A stretch of 64,000 bases of DNA from a virus. Its lineage: Duplodnaviria; Caudoviricetes. The notes beneath the pieces were generated by a model. The model worked only from the letters and a program-made list of their open reading frames with translations. It was not told the DNA's origin and ran no database searches. Below are positions 27,153 to 35,514 of the stretch, one piece after another. A program made the position numbers and the translations under genes. The stretch lies in IMG/VR virus record IMGVR_UViG_3300028805_000057, positions 83,895-147,894 of that record. The stretch is one strand, 5' to 3'. Position 1 is the first letter of the stretch; the number at the start of each line of letters is the position of its first letter.

Positions 27153-27312
27153 AGAAGGTTGTTTATTGGCAGAAGATAAAATGTATGGTGTAATTTTACC
27201 AATCTTTAATGAAGATCCTAAGAATTGGGAGTTATTACCTAATTCTCCTTCTGTCAAAGATATTATTAAAGAAAGGGGAATCAGTAAGCATGAATATAAC
27301 ACCTCAACGTGA
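27064..27312 (+). CDS. Hypothetical protein
   Basis: AAGGAGG RBS before ATG 27064 (MTTLEVGKTYK...). Confidence 0.6.
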   Translation: MTTLEVGKTYKNIQSGRTVVILGRLDTLAKEGCLLAEDKMYGVILPIFNEDPKNWELLPNSPSVKDIIKERGISKHEYNTST

Positions 27313-28048
27313 TGCTAAGCCTTATTATGTCGAAGTGAGAGATAATCTTACGCAATATGTCTGGAATATGAATTATCCAACTATTATTACACAAGATACT
27401 ATCAATAAAGCATATAGAGATTGGTATCATAATACAAATGGTAATGTTGGTAAATATAACAAAGCATACTATGATAAGAAACTAAGAGAAGGAGAAGGTA
27501 AGCCTGGTAGTGACTGTTCTGGTATGCATTATGGATTAAGTGGCTATGATAAAACAGCACAGGGGTATTACGATGAATCACCAGAAGACAAAAAAGGAAC
27601 CATTGATAGTATTCCTATTCATGATCTGGTTATTTTGTACCGTGGTCAATCTAAAAGCAAAATAACTCATACTGGTATTTATCTTGGTAATGGAATGACA
27701 ATACATATGGCTAACTCTACTGATAATTGTATATATGAAACTACAGATGCAGGTAAATGGAAATGGTGGAGTTATGCTAAATTTATTGATTACTCCAAAC
27801 CATTAGGAGCAAAACCAATAATCACCAGAGTAATCAAAATAGGTAATAAAGGTATTGATGTTAAACTTTTACAAGACCAGTTAATTAAAAAAGGCTATGA
27901 TCCTGGAAAGATTGACGGTGATTTTGGTTCAAAAACCTATACTGCTCTTAAACATTTCCAAGCAGACAATAATATAGCTGTTGATGGTATTGCAGGAAAA
28001 CAAACTGTTAAATCTTTGGGGATGCTGTGGAGAGGCGGTTCTTATTAA
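27290..28048 (+). CDS. Endolysin: NlpC/P60 peptidase plus C-terminal peptidoglycan-binding domain
   Basis: SDCSG...HTGIYLG..TIH catalytic pattern; G.KG.DVKLLQ..L...GY..G.IDGDFG..T..AL..FQ......DGIAG PG-binding motif. Confidence 0.9.
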   Translation: MNITPQRDAKPYYVEVRDNLTQYVWNMNYPTIITQDTINKAYRDWYHNTNGNVGKYNKAYYDKKLREGEGKPGSDCSGMHYGLSGYDKTAQGYYDESPEDKKGTIDSIPIHDLVILYRGQSKSKITHTGIYLGNGMTIHMANSTDNCIYETTDAGKWKWWSYAKFIDYSKPLGAKPIITRVIKIGNKGIDVKLLQDQLIKKGYDPGKIDGDFGSKTYTALKHFQADNNIAVDGIAGKQTVKSLGMLWRGGSY

Positions 28049-28264
28049 GAAGCGAAACTCAGGTTTGCTTGCAAAGCTCTGAGGCCCATCATATTAATTC
28101 ACAAAATATTCTTGTCTTACTGGATTGATTATATTTTACAAATTGTATTTCATAGCGTAAAGAACCCCATAGAATATGCCAAACATGGTAATCACCTCCT
28201 TAGTTAAAAATTATCATGAAGGTGAGACAAGATATTTTATATTAAAAACACTCGAAAGGAGGAA

Positions 28265-28403
28265 AAATATTATGAACATAACCATGTAGAAAATCGCATG
28301 GGATTTATTCATAAATATTTACAAACAAATATTATGAACAGAACCATACCAAAAAACTGCATGGGATTTATTCATAAATATTTACAAACAAATATTATGA
28401 ACA
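28265..28403 (+). repeat. Tandem 62/63-bp hairpin repeat over a start codon
   Basis: aaatattatgaaca at 28265, 28327, 28390; gcatgggatttattcataaatatttacaaac twice. Confidence 0.9.
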
Positions 28404-29965
28404 GAATAATGTTTTATAATAAACTAGATAAGTTTAAGAAAAACCTAGAAGAAAAAAATAGTTTAGAACATAGATTTAGTGATCACGATGGTGTTGATAA
28501 TAAACTTGATACTAATGGAAATAGACCCAGAGAAGTTCATACGAATGAATATAAGGGCACTTTTAATAATACTAGACGTGGTAATTTATCTAGAGCAACT
28601 AAACCTAAGTCTAATTATGGACAGAGTTATTATACAAAGATTGATAAATATTATCCTGATGGTACTGCTAGATACTTCTATTCAAAAGATGAATATGAAG
28701 CATATCAAAATGGGCAGGTGAAAGGTAATAGTGCTAAACATCTTGATCAAATGATGAAAGAAACTGCTGAGAGAAAAGTTATCGAAGATAAAAAGAAACA
28801 ACAAGAAGAAATCTATAGAAAGAATAAAGAAGCAGATGAAGCAAGAGTTAAAGCAGAACAAGAAAAATATGCTAAATTACGTGCTGAAAATAACAAACAA
28901 AAACCTAAGACAAGAGAAGAAGCTGAAAAAGAAGCTATAAAAAGAGAACAAGAAAGAATAAGAAAAGCTGATATTGAAGCTAACAAGAAACCTGAAACTA
29001 AGGCACTTGAACAAGCTGAAGATGAATTAGTAAAACTTAAAGGAAAACAGAATCTTGCTAAGAATCGTGGTTTAGATGACAAAAACAATAAGAAAGAATA
29101 TGATAAGTTGACTAAAGAAATCGAAGCAAAAGAAAAAGAAATTGCTTCAATAAGAAAGAAGATGGCTGATGAAACATTAGCGAATAGAGATAAAGAAATT
29201 AAAGAAGCTACAAAAAGAGAGCAAGAAAGAATAGAAAAAGAAGCTACTGAGAAACTTGAAACTTGGAAAGAAAATATTAAAGATAATATCAATGATTATG
29301 CTCTTGAAGTATATGATAATATTAAGAGATGCGCAAATGATAGAGATGTTTCTTTTAATGTAGATAATCCATTTGTAGATTTATTTAAAGAAGCTCTTAA
29401 GAAATATGATCCAGACTTTGATGGAGATATCGCAGCATACGTGAGACCTTATCCTGGACAAAGTATTGCAGGTATACTTGGCAGTGAATTACTTAAAGAT
29501 GATAAACATACCAAGATTGCTAAGAAAGTTCTTAATGAATTAGAAGATAATTTAGATAAAACTATTGATAAATATACTATTAATGATGAACAATATGATG
29601 ATTTCTTAGATCATCTTAAAGGAAAACAGGAAAAGAATAAAACTGCAGCTATTGATAAAGAAATGGATAATGCAAGAAAATCACTTGAAGCAATGTATAA
29701 TGGTGATGAAAACAGTATTAATCTTGATAAATCTCTTAAGAAAGTACTTGAAACTAAACTTAAAGAAATTGACCCTGAATATGAAAAAGGTAATCTTTAT
29801 AAATATGTAAGACCTTATATTCTTGGTAAATGGTGGAAAGATGATGAATCATATGCTAAAGTTACGGAAGCTCTTAATGAACTTGAAAAAGAATTAAGAT
29901 CTGCAAATAAACATGATGATGCATATGGTGATTTTGTTGAAAAAGTTTCAAAAATACTTGCATGA
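28397..29965 (+). CDS. Leader-tagged coiled-coil protein (putative virion internal protein); start uncertain (28298/28334/28397)
   Basis: MNRIMFYNKL...SLEH leader; YYTKID...RYFYSKDEYEAY motif; K/E-rich helices. Confidence 0.7.
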   Translation: MNRIMFYNKLDKFKKNLEEKNSLEHRFSDHDGVDNKLDTNGNRPREVHTNEYKGTFNNTRRGNLSRATKPKSNYGQSYYTKIDKYYPDGTARYFYSKDEYEAYQNGQVKGNSAKHLDQMMKETAERKVIEDKKKQQEEIYRKNKEADEARVKAEQEKYAKLRAENNKQKPKTREEAEKEAIKREQERIRKADIEANKKPETKALEQAEDELVKLKGKQNLAKNRGLDDKNNKKEYDKLTKEIEAKEKEIASIRKKMADETLANRDKEIKEATKREQERIEKEATEKLETWKENIKDNINDYALEVYDNIKRCANDRDVSFNVDNPFVDLFKEALKKYDPDFDGDIAAYVRPYPGQSIAGILGSELLKDDKHTKIAKKVLNELEDNLDKTIDKYTINDEQYDDFLDHLKGKQEKNKTAAIDKEMDNARKSLEAMYNGDENSINLDKSLKKVLETKLKEIDPEYEKGNLYKYVRPYILGKWWKDDESYAKVTEALNELEKELRSANKHDDAYGDFVEKVSKILA

Positions 29966-29981
29966 AAGGAGAGTGATTAAG

Positions 29982-30251
29982 ATGGATACATCAAGTATTG
30001 CAGTAATTATTGTGGCATTAATCGGCGCAATAGCAACAATAACATCAAATATTGTAATGAACAACAAACAGTCAGCAGCAATGGATGCTAAGTTGGATAA
30101 GCAGCAAGGAATTATTGAAGAACGACTAAGTAATTTAAAAGAATCAGTCGATAAACATAATAACTTTGCTCAGAAAATCCCAGCAATCGAAGCAAATATT
30201 GAAAACATTGAAAAACGAATCGACAAATTAGAAAGTAAATTAATAAAGTAA
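29982..30251 (+). CDS. Membrane-anchored coiled-coil protein (XhlA/holin-like)
   Basis: AAAGGAG RBS; N-terminal hydrophobic helix, VDKHNN motif, coiled coil. Confidence 0.65.
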   Translation: MDTSSIAVIIVALIGAIATITSNIVMNNKQSAAMDAKLDKQQGIIEERLSNLKESVDKHNNFAQKIPAIEANIENIEKRIDKLESKLIK

Positions 30252-30264
30252 GGAAGGAGTCAAA

Positions 30265-30417
30265 ATGGATAGAAATACATTCTTTGATAATCTAAAAAGT
30301 TATAATGCTAACTCCTTACATAATAATATTACTAACAAACATGCTAGTAATAGATTCGAGTTTTATGATTCATTACAACACCATGGAATGAGAGGAAGTA
30401 AAAAGAAATCAAAATAG
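30265..30417 (+). CDS. 50-aa leader-only mini-gene (not in ORF track)
   Basis: AAGGAG RBS; MDRNTFFDNLKSYNANSLHNNITNKHASNRFEFYDSLQHHGMRGSKKKSK. Confidence 0.65.
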   Translation: MDRNTFFDNLKSYNANSLHNNITNKHASNRFEFYDSLQHHGMRGSKKKSK

Positions 30418-30431
30418 GGGGTTAAATAATC

Positions 30432-31313
30432 ATGGATAGTTTTGAATTTTATTATAATCTTGATTCATATAATAAAAACTCCTTGAGACATAAATCGGAG
30501 TCCTCTCTTAAAGGTACACAAAAAGAAAATGTTAAATACTTTAAGAGAGAAGGTACTCCTGGTAATTACAAATATTATTATACAAAAGAAGAATACGAAG
30601 CTTCTAAGAAACCTGAAAATAAAGTAGATGTTGTAACAAATGTTAAACCTACTTTACAAGCTAATAAAACTTTTAATAAGAAAAAGAAAGTATCTCATAA
30701 GTCATTATATACACCTATGCAACAAGCTAAGAAAATAAATAATGCTAAGATGAATAAACAATATGATAAGAAATTTGTAGATGTTGTACAAGGTAAAGAT
30801 AAAATGACATCTGAGGAAAGAGTAGAAGAATATAAAAACTATTTACAAGATCCTGAGAATTACAATGAAGATACATATATAGAAAACAGATTAACAAAAC
30901 TTGGTGAAGGTGGAAATGTTAATCTTAATCTTCGACCTGAGATTTCTACACAAGAATTAATAGATGCAAAATGGCCTGAAAAAGAAGTAGGCGAAGGATA
31001 CGCTACAGTATTTTCAAGTACATTTTCAAATGAAGGTGACACAGAATTTTATAACTTTACTCCGATTGTTATGGATCCTAAAACTGGTGAGTATCTTGGT
31101 TGTATGGATCCTGAAGAATTTAAACAGTATTGTTATGATGTAATTGATGGTATAAGAGAAGATGATAAGAATTGTCAAATAGGTGGAGCATTTACTGGTG
31201 AAAATGCAAAAGATTTGGCAGAAAAAGCAGCTATAGAAATTCATGATTTACATGAACAGCAACATGTTAATGAAGAGAATAAAAAGAAAAATAAATCAAA
31301 CAATTCAAAATGA
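30432..31313 (+). CDS. Leader-tagged protein with C-terminal GNVNLNLRP..ATVFS domain
   Basis: MDSFEFYYNL...SLRH leader; KYFKREG...KYYYTKEEYEA motif. Confidence 0.75.
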   Translation: MDSFEFYYNLDSYNKNSLRHKSESSLKGTQKENVKYFKREGTPGNYKYYYTKEEYEASKKPENKVDVVTNVKPTLQANKTFNKKKKVSHKSLYTPMQQAKKINNAKMNKQYDKKFVDVVQGKDKMTSEERVEEYKNYLQDPENYNEDTYIENRLTKLGEGGNVNLNLRPEISTQELIDAKWPEKEVGEGYATVFSSTFSNEGDTEFYNFTPIVMDPKTGEYLGCMDPEEFKQYCYDVIDGIREDDKNCQIGGAFTGENAKDLAEKAAIEIHDLHEQQHVNEENKKKNKSNNSK

Positions 31314-31331
31314 GGGGGTCCTGGTAAAAAT

Positions 31332-32249
31332 ATGTTACAAAAAGAATTCTATACAAAATTAGAAATGGCAAGACAAAAGCAGGACTCCTTACAACATCAT
31401 GGTATTAAAGGTCAGAAGTGGGGTGTAAGGCGTTTCCAGTATATGGATGGTTCTTACACCCAAGCTGGCCGTGAAAGATATGGTTATGGTCCTGCAAGAC
31501 AACCAAAACAAGAAGATGATAAAGTTGGTGTTATGATACCTATTCCTTCAGCTGCAGTTCCACCAATATTGGCTGCTGGTGCTGCTATTTTAGGAGTAGA
31601 ATTAGGATTATCTACAATAGGTGATGCTATACATAATGCTAAAGTTTCGAAAGATATTAAGAATTGGGAGGCAAATCGAGCAAAAGAAGAAACTGATCCT
31701 AAGACTGGTCTTAAACTTAAATCTGATCCAAATGCTTCTGTTAAAGATGATATGAAAATGATTAACAGAGAATATGGATATGGAATGTTTGCTAAGGCGA
31801 TTTGGGATATTGATTCAAAGAAATCAATGGGTCATACAGAAAATTGTATGCTTTGTACAACTGCTTTGGATCTTAAGAGAAGAGGATATGACGTTAAAGC
31901 CGGTTCAAGTAAAGATGGATACTATGCTAAAGATGTTGCTAATTGGTATAAAGAAAAGAAACAACCTACTATGGGCAAATTTAATAGCATTATAGAACAG
32001 CTTAATAAACAACCTGAAGGTTCTTATGGAAACTTTATGGTATACTGGAAAGAAGGCGGTGGGCATTCTATGTTTTACAGGATTGAAGGTGGTAAACCTG
32101 TAATATATGATGCTCAGTCTAACAAGAATTATACAATATATGAAATTTCAAATCATATAAATAATTCAATTCCAGGACATTGTTTCTTAAGAACAGATAA
32201 CTTAACACCGGATTACGATTATTTAAAGAAGAATAATATTATAGCCTGA
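31332..32249 (+). CDS. Leader + HHGIKGQKWGVRR domain + papain-fold toxin (glutamine deamidase-like), copy A
   Basis: NCMLCTTA..L.RRGYDV.A, GGHS, YDAQ, RTDNL: Cys-His-Asp pattern of Tox-PL family. Confidence 0.75.
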   Translation: MLQKEFYTKLEMARQKQDSLQHHGIKGQKWGVRRFQYMDGSYTQAGRERYGYGPARQPKQEDDKVGVMIPIPSAAVPPILAAGAAILGVELGLSTIGDAIHNAKVSKDIKNWEANRAKEETDPKTGLKLKSDPNASVKDDMKMINREYGYGMFAKAIWDIDSKKSMGHTENCMLCTTALDLKRRGYDVKAGSSKDGYYAKDVANWYKEKKQPTMGKFNSIIEQLNKQPEGSYGNFMVYWKEGGGHSMFYRIEGGKPVIYDAQSNKNYTIYEISNHINNSIPGHCFLRTDNLTPDYDYLKKNNIIA

Positions 32250-32375
32250 ACGAAGTAAAAAGCTCAGCCTGTGATTGATTTTGAGCAGGGTGGCATAGAA
32301 CGAATGTTTAGGATAAAGAATTTGGTTTTCAGAATGAAAAGCAATTATTATTGCATAGGAGGGTTCAAAATAAGT

Positions 32376-33977
32376 ATGAATAGATATGAATTCTATGGAA
32401 ATATTAATACATACAGAAAAAATCAATCAAATAAAGAAAATGAATTAACTCACTACGGAACTCTCGGTCAAAAATGGGGTGTTCGTAAGTGGCAGAACTA
32501 TGATGGTACTTTTAATGAGGCTGGTAAGGAAAGATATTTTGGAACTAAGAAAGCTAAAAATGAAGAAAAAATAAATTCAAAATATCAAAATAAAGATGGT
32601 TCTTTAACACAAGAATATATAAATAAAATTCAAAAATTAACTAATGAAGGTAAATTTGATGAAATTGAAAAACTTAAAAAACAAATAGATTTTGATAAAG
32701 TACAAGAATGGTCTAAGAAAACAAATCCGAATTTATATAAAATGCCAGATTTTAGTGATCCTTCAGAATATGAAGGAGATTTTGAATCATATGTTGAAGA
32801 TAATTGGGAAACTGCAGCTAAGAAAAGAGGGTTCGATCTTGATGATATTTTAACAGATGAACAATATGAAATAATTAATCAGGATATGAAGGATTATTTT
32901 AATAGTCATGAAGAAAAAATAGGTTCTGTCTTTAATAAAAATTTAAGTGAAGAAAAGAAAGATAAATTACGAGAAAAATTATATTCACGTGATAGTGAAA
33001 TGCTTACTATAGATCAATTATATGATGAAGATGAACAGAAATATTTATTAAATAAAAAAGTTTCTAAAAAAGTTAATAAATTAGTTGATTGTTTGACTAA
33101 AGGTGATTTTGATGAATATAATAAAATATTAGAAGATGTTGACCCAGAACATTTACAAACAGTAAAGAATGCTGCACAAGATTTAGCCAATACAAAACAA
33201 TTAAGAAATGTCGATACATCTAGATTAACTGAAGTTTCAAAAGATATTTTTGGAAATGATAATATATTAGGTGTTCAAAGTATTCTTGCAATGACAAATA
33301 GTGATGACATTAATGCACATTCATCAAATAGAGTGTATCCAGTAGATATACGACAGTCAATTATAGATAATAGTACTCTATTAAAAACTGCTATATTAGA
33401 ATATGAAAGAGGCTATAAAGATGGATACGAAAGAGATATACAAATTGCTTCTGGCGGTGATGAACGCCGTGCAAAATATATGAAACAGTTTGTTGATGAT
33501 GTCGAAGCTGTTAAAGAATACTCTAAAGATTCTAAAGAAATTAATGATGAATTACGTAAGTTAAAAACAAAAGAATCTTGTGACGATAAAGCTTTTATTA
33601 ATTATCATTATACAGAAGCTTTATATGATAATATGCGTAAATATATAAATGATGATTTTCCTGTAAGACTTAAAAAAGGAACAAATGATGCTAAGAAAAT
33701 GGTTAATAATCTTTATAAAAACTTTGAAAAATATTCAAAAGAATTTAAAGAAGATTTATATTATCAATTATTAGATTACTATGATGATGAATATATTTCA
33801 AAATCTGAATTTATGAAAGAAATAGGAAAAATCAATGCTGTTGAAATGTATGGTAATGGTAATATAACTTTTACTTATACAGTACCAGGTGAAATGGGAT
33901 ATGATATGGTTAATATAAATGGCAATATAAACGATAATGGGAAACTTACAATAGATGATGCTGATTTTATTGATTAA
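32376..33977 (+). CDS. Leader + HYGTLGQKWGVRK domain + helical region + DUF2262-like C-terminus, copy A
   Basis: AGGAGG RBS supports ATG 32376; paralog of 35515..37029. Confidence 0.7.
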   Translation: MNRYEFYGNINTYRKNQSNKENELTHYGTLGQKWGVRKWQNYDGTFNEAGKERYFGTKKAKNEEKINSKYQNKDGSLTQEYINKIQKLTNEGKFDEIEKLKKQIDFDKVQEWSKKTNPNLYKMPDFSDPSEYEGDFESYVEDNWETAAKKRGFDLDDILTDEQYEIINQDMKDYFNSHEEKIGSVFNKNLSEEKKDKLREKLYSRDSEMLTIDQLYDEDEQKYLLNKKVSKKVNKLVDCLTKGDFDEYNKILEDVDPEHLQTVKNAAQDLANTKQLRNVDTSRLTEVSKDIFGNDNILGVQSILAMTNSDDINAHSSNRVYPVDIRQSIIDNSTLLKTAILEYERGYKDGYERDIQIASGGDERRAKYMKQFVDDVEAVKEYSKDSKEINDELRKLKTKESCDDKAFINYHYTEALYDNMRKYINDDFPVRLKKGTNDAKKMVNNLYKNFEKYSKEFKEDLYYQLLDYYDDEYISKSEFMKEIGKINAVEMYGNGNITFTYTVPGEMGYDMVNINGNINDNGKLTIDDADFID

Positions 33978-34013
33978 AATTTTTTAAAAGAAAAATCAAA
34001 ATGGAGGAATATT

Positions 34014-34283
34014 ATGGGCAATGACTTAGTAGGTCAGGCTATTGAAGCTATGAAAAAATATAGACCTGAAAAAACAGTAATAAAGATTTGGAATAAAGGT
34101 AAGTCATGTCTTATACTTGCTGCAAAGAATCCTAAAGAATACCAAATGGAGATGGATCCTTATTATATATTTGCTGAGGGTGCTATCTCCGGTATCTCTT
34201 ATTTGGATAATGCTGTCAAGTTAAAAAAGATAATGAAACCAGAGTATATAGCATACACTCGAAAGGAGCTTGGAAATGAATAG
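34014..34283 (+). CDS. Small leaderless protein, candidate immunity protein A
   Basis: GGAGG RBS; KKY.P..VI.I...DPYY...G.I.G shared with 35237..35497. Confidence 0.6.
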   Translation: MGNDLVGQAIEAMKKYRPEKTVIKIWNKGKSCLILAAKNPKEYQMEMDPYYIFAEGAISGISYLDNAVKLKKIMKPEYIAYTRKELGNE

Positions 34284-34337
34284 CTATACTATACAAAAAG
34301 CGTATAGCAGATCCATTCATTATGAAAGGAGTAATAA

Positions 34338-35225
34338 ATGAATAGAATAGAGTTTTATTCAAGTTTAAATAAATATAAAGATATTCAAGAGAAATCTGAT
34401 AATGAATTAAAACACTATGGCATAAAAGACCAGAAATGGGGTGTAAGACGTTGGCAGAATCCTGATGGTACATTTAATGCTGAAGGTAAGTTAAGATATT
34501 TCGGTGCTCAGCCTAAAGAAGGTAGTGTAACTGCACTTGCTGGTGTATTTGCTCTTTGGGGTGCAGAATTAGCTTTGTTAGTTGGCGGACCAGTGACTGC
34601 ATATGCAATACAAGATGCTAAAACTACAAATAAAATAAAGAAATTTGAAGCAAATTTAGCAACAGAAAAAACAGATCCTGAAAGTGGATATAAATTAAAG
34701 AATGAAAAAATGTCTAAAAATACTACAAAAGAAGACATGTCATATGTAAATATGGAACAACAATATGCTGGTATGAAACAAAAGAATAGAGATGCTAAAG
34801 AAGGAACTAGTATGAATTGTTCTTTATGTACTACTGCAATGGTTCTTAGACAAAAAGGATATGATGTACGTGCTGGTAAGACTAAAGAAGGTACATCATA
34901 TCAAGAACAAGAAAAACGTTATAAAGGTGGCAAGTTTACATTAGGAACATTCAAAGATATTATAAAAGAACTCGAAAAACAACCTGAAGGTTCTTACGGA
35001 CATTTCTCTGTTGAATGGAGAGAAGCTTATGGTGGAGCTCATAGTATGTTTTATAAGATTGAGAACGGCAAACCTGTAATATATGATTGTCAAGTTAATC
35101 AAGTTGTTAAACCGAAAAATTTATATAAAAATGCTTCGCCTCTTGAAGATAAGACTAAGTTTATGAGATGTGATAATCTCGAAGTTAATTGGGATTATAT
35201 AAAAGAGAATAAACTTGTACACTAG
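34338..35225 (+). CDS. Leader + HYGIKDQKWGVRR domain + papain-fold toxin, copy B
   Basis: NCSLCTTA..L.QKGYDVRA, GAHS, YDCQ, RCDNL; paralog of 31332..32249. Confidence 0.75.
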   Translation: MNRIEFYSSLNKYKDIQEKSDNELKHYGIKDQKWGVRRWQNPDGTFNAEGKLRYFGAQPKEGSVTALAGVFALWGAELALLVGGPVTAYAIQDAKTTNKIKKFEANLATEKTDPESGYKLKNEKMSKNTTKEDMSYVNMEQQYAGMKQKNRDAKEGTSMNCSLCTTAMVLRQKGYDVRAGKTKEGTSYQEQEKRYKGGKFTLGTFKDIIKELEKQPEGSYGHFSVEWREAYGGAHSMFYKIENGKPVIYDCQVNQVVKPKNLYKNASPLEDKTKFMRCDNLEVNWDYIKENKLVH

Positions 35226-35236
35226 GAGGAAATAAT

Positions 35237-35497
35237 ATGAATATAATAGATGAAATTAAAGATGCTTTCAAAAAATATAATCCTGATTTATATGTAATAG
35301 CAATATTTATTGCAGAAAAAGATTTATATTTTGTAGTTGCAAAACATACTCCCGATAAAACAACAGTTGAAGAAGATCCTTTCTATATGTATGGAAATGG
35401 AAAAGTTACTGGTGTTACAATAACAGATTCTGAAGAAAGAATGAATAATGCATTTGAAATTATGCAAGCAAAGAATCGTATTTATGAAATTGATTGA
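35237..35497 (+). CDS. Small leaderless protein, candidate immunity protein B
   Basis: Directly downstream of toxin B; KKYNP..VIAI...DPFY...G.V.G. Confidence 0.6.
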   Translation: MNIIDEIKDAFKKYNPDLYVIAIFIAEKDLYFVVAKHTPDKTTVEEDPFYMYGNGKVTGVTITDSEERMNNAFEIMQAKNRIYEID

Positions 35498-35514
35498 AAG
35501 GAGGGAGTCTTCAA

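Noticed and set aside
12679-28078. Shared tcag(g)tttgcttgcaaag at ~12696 and ~28059
   Set aside because: Only two copies, both just after gene ends; too little to assign a role.
28265-28403. Mini CRISPR array
   Set aside because: Only two full units, the variable part is ~10 nt, and no cas genes; it is a tandem hairpin duplication.
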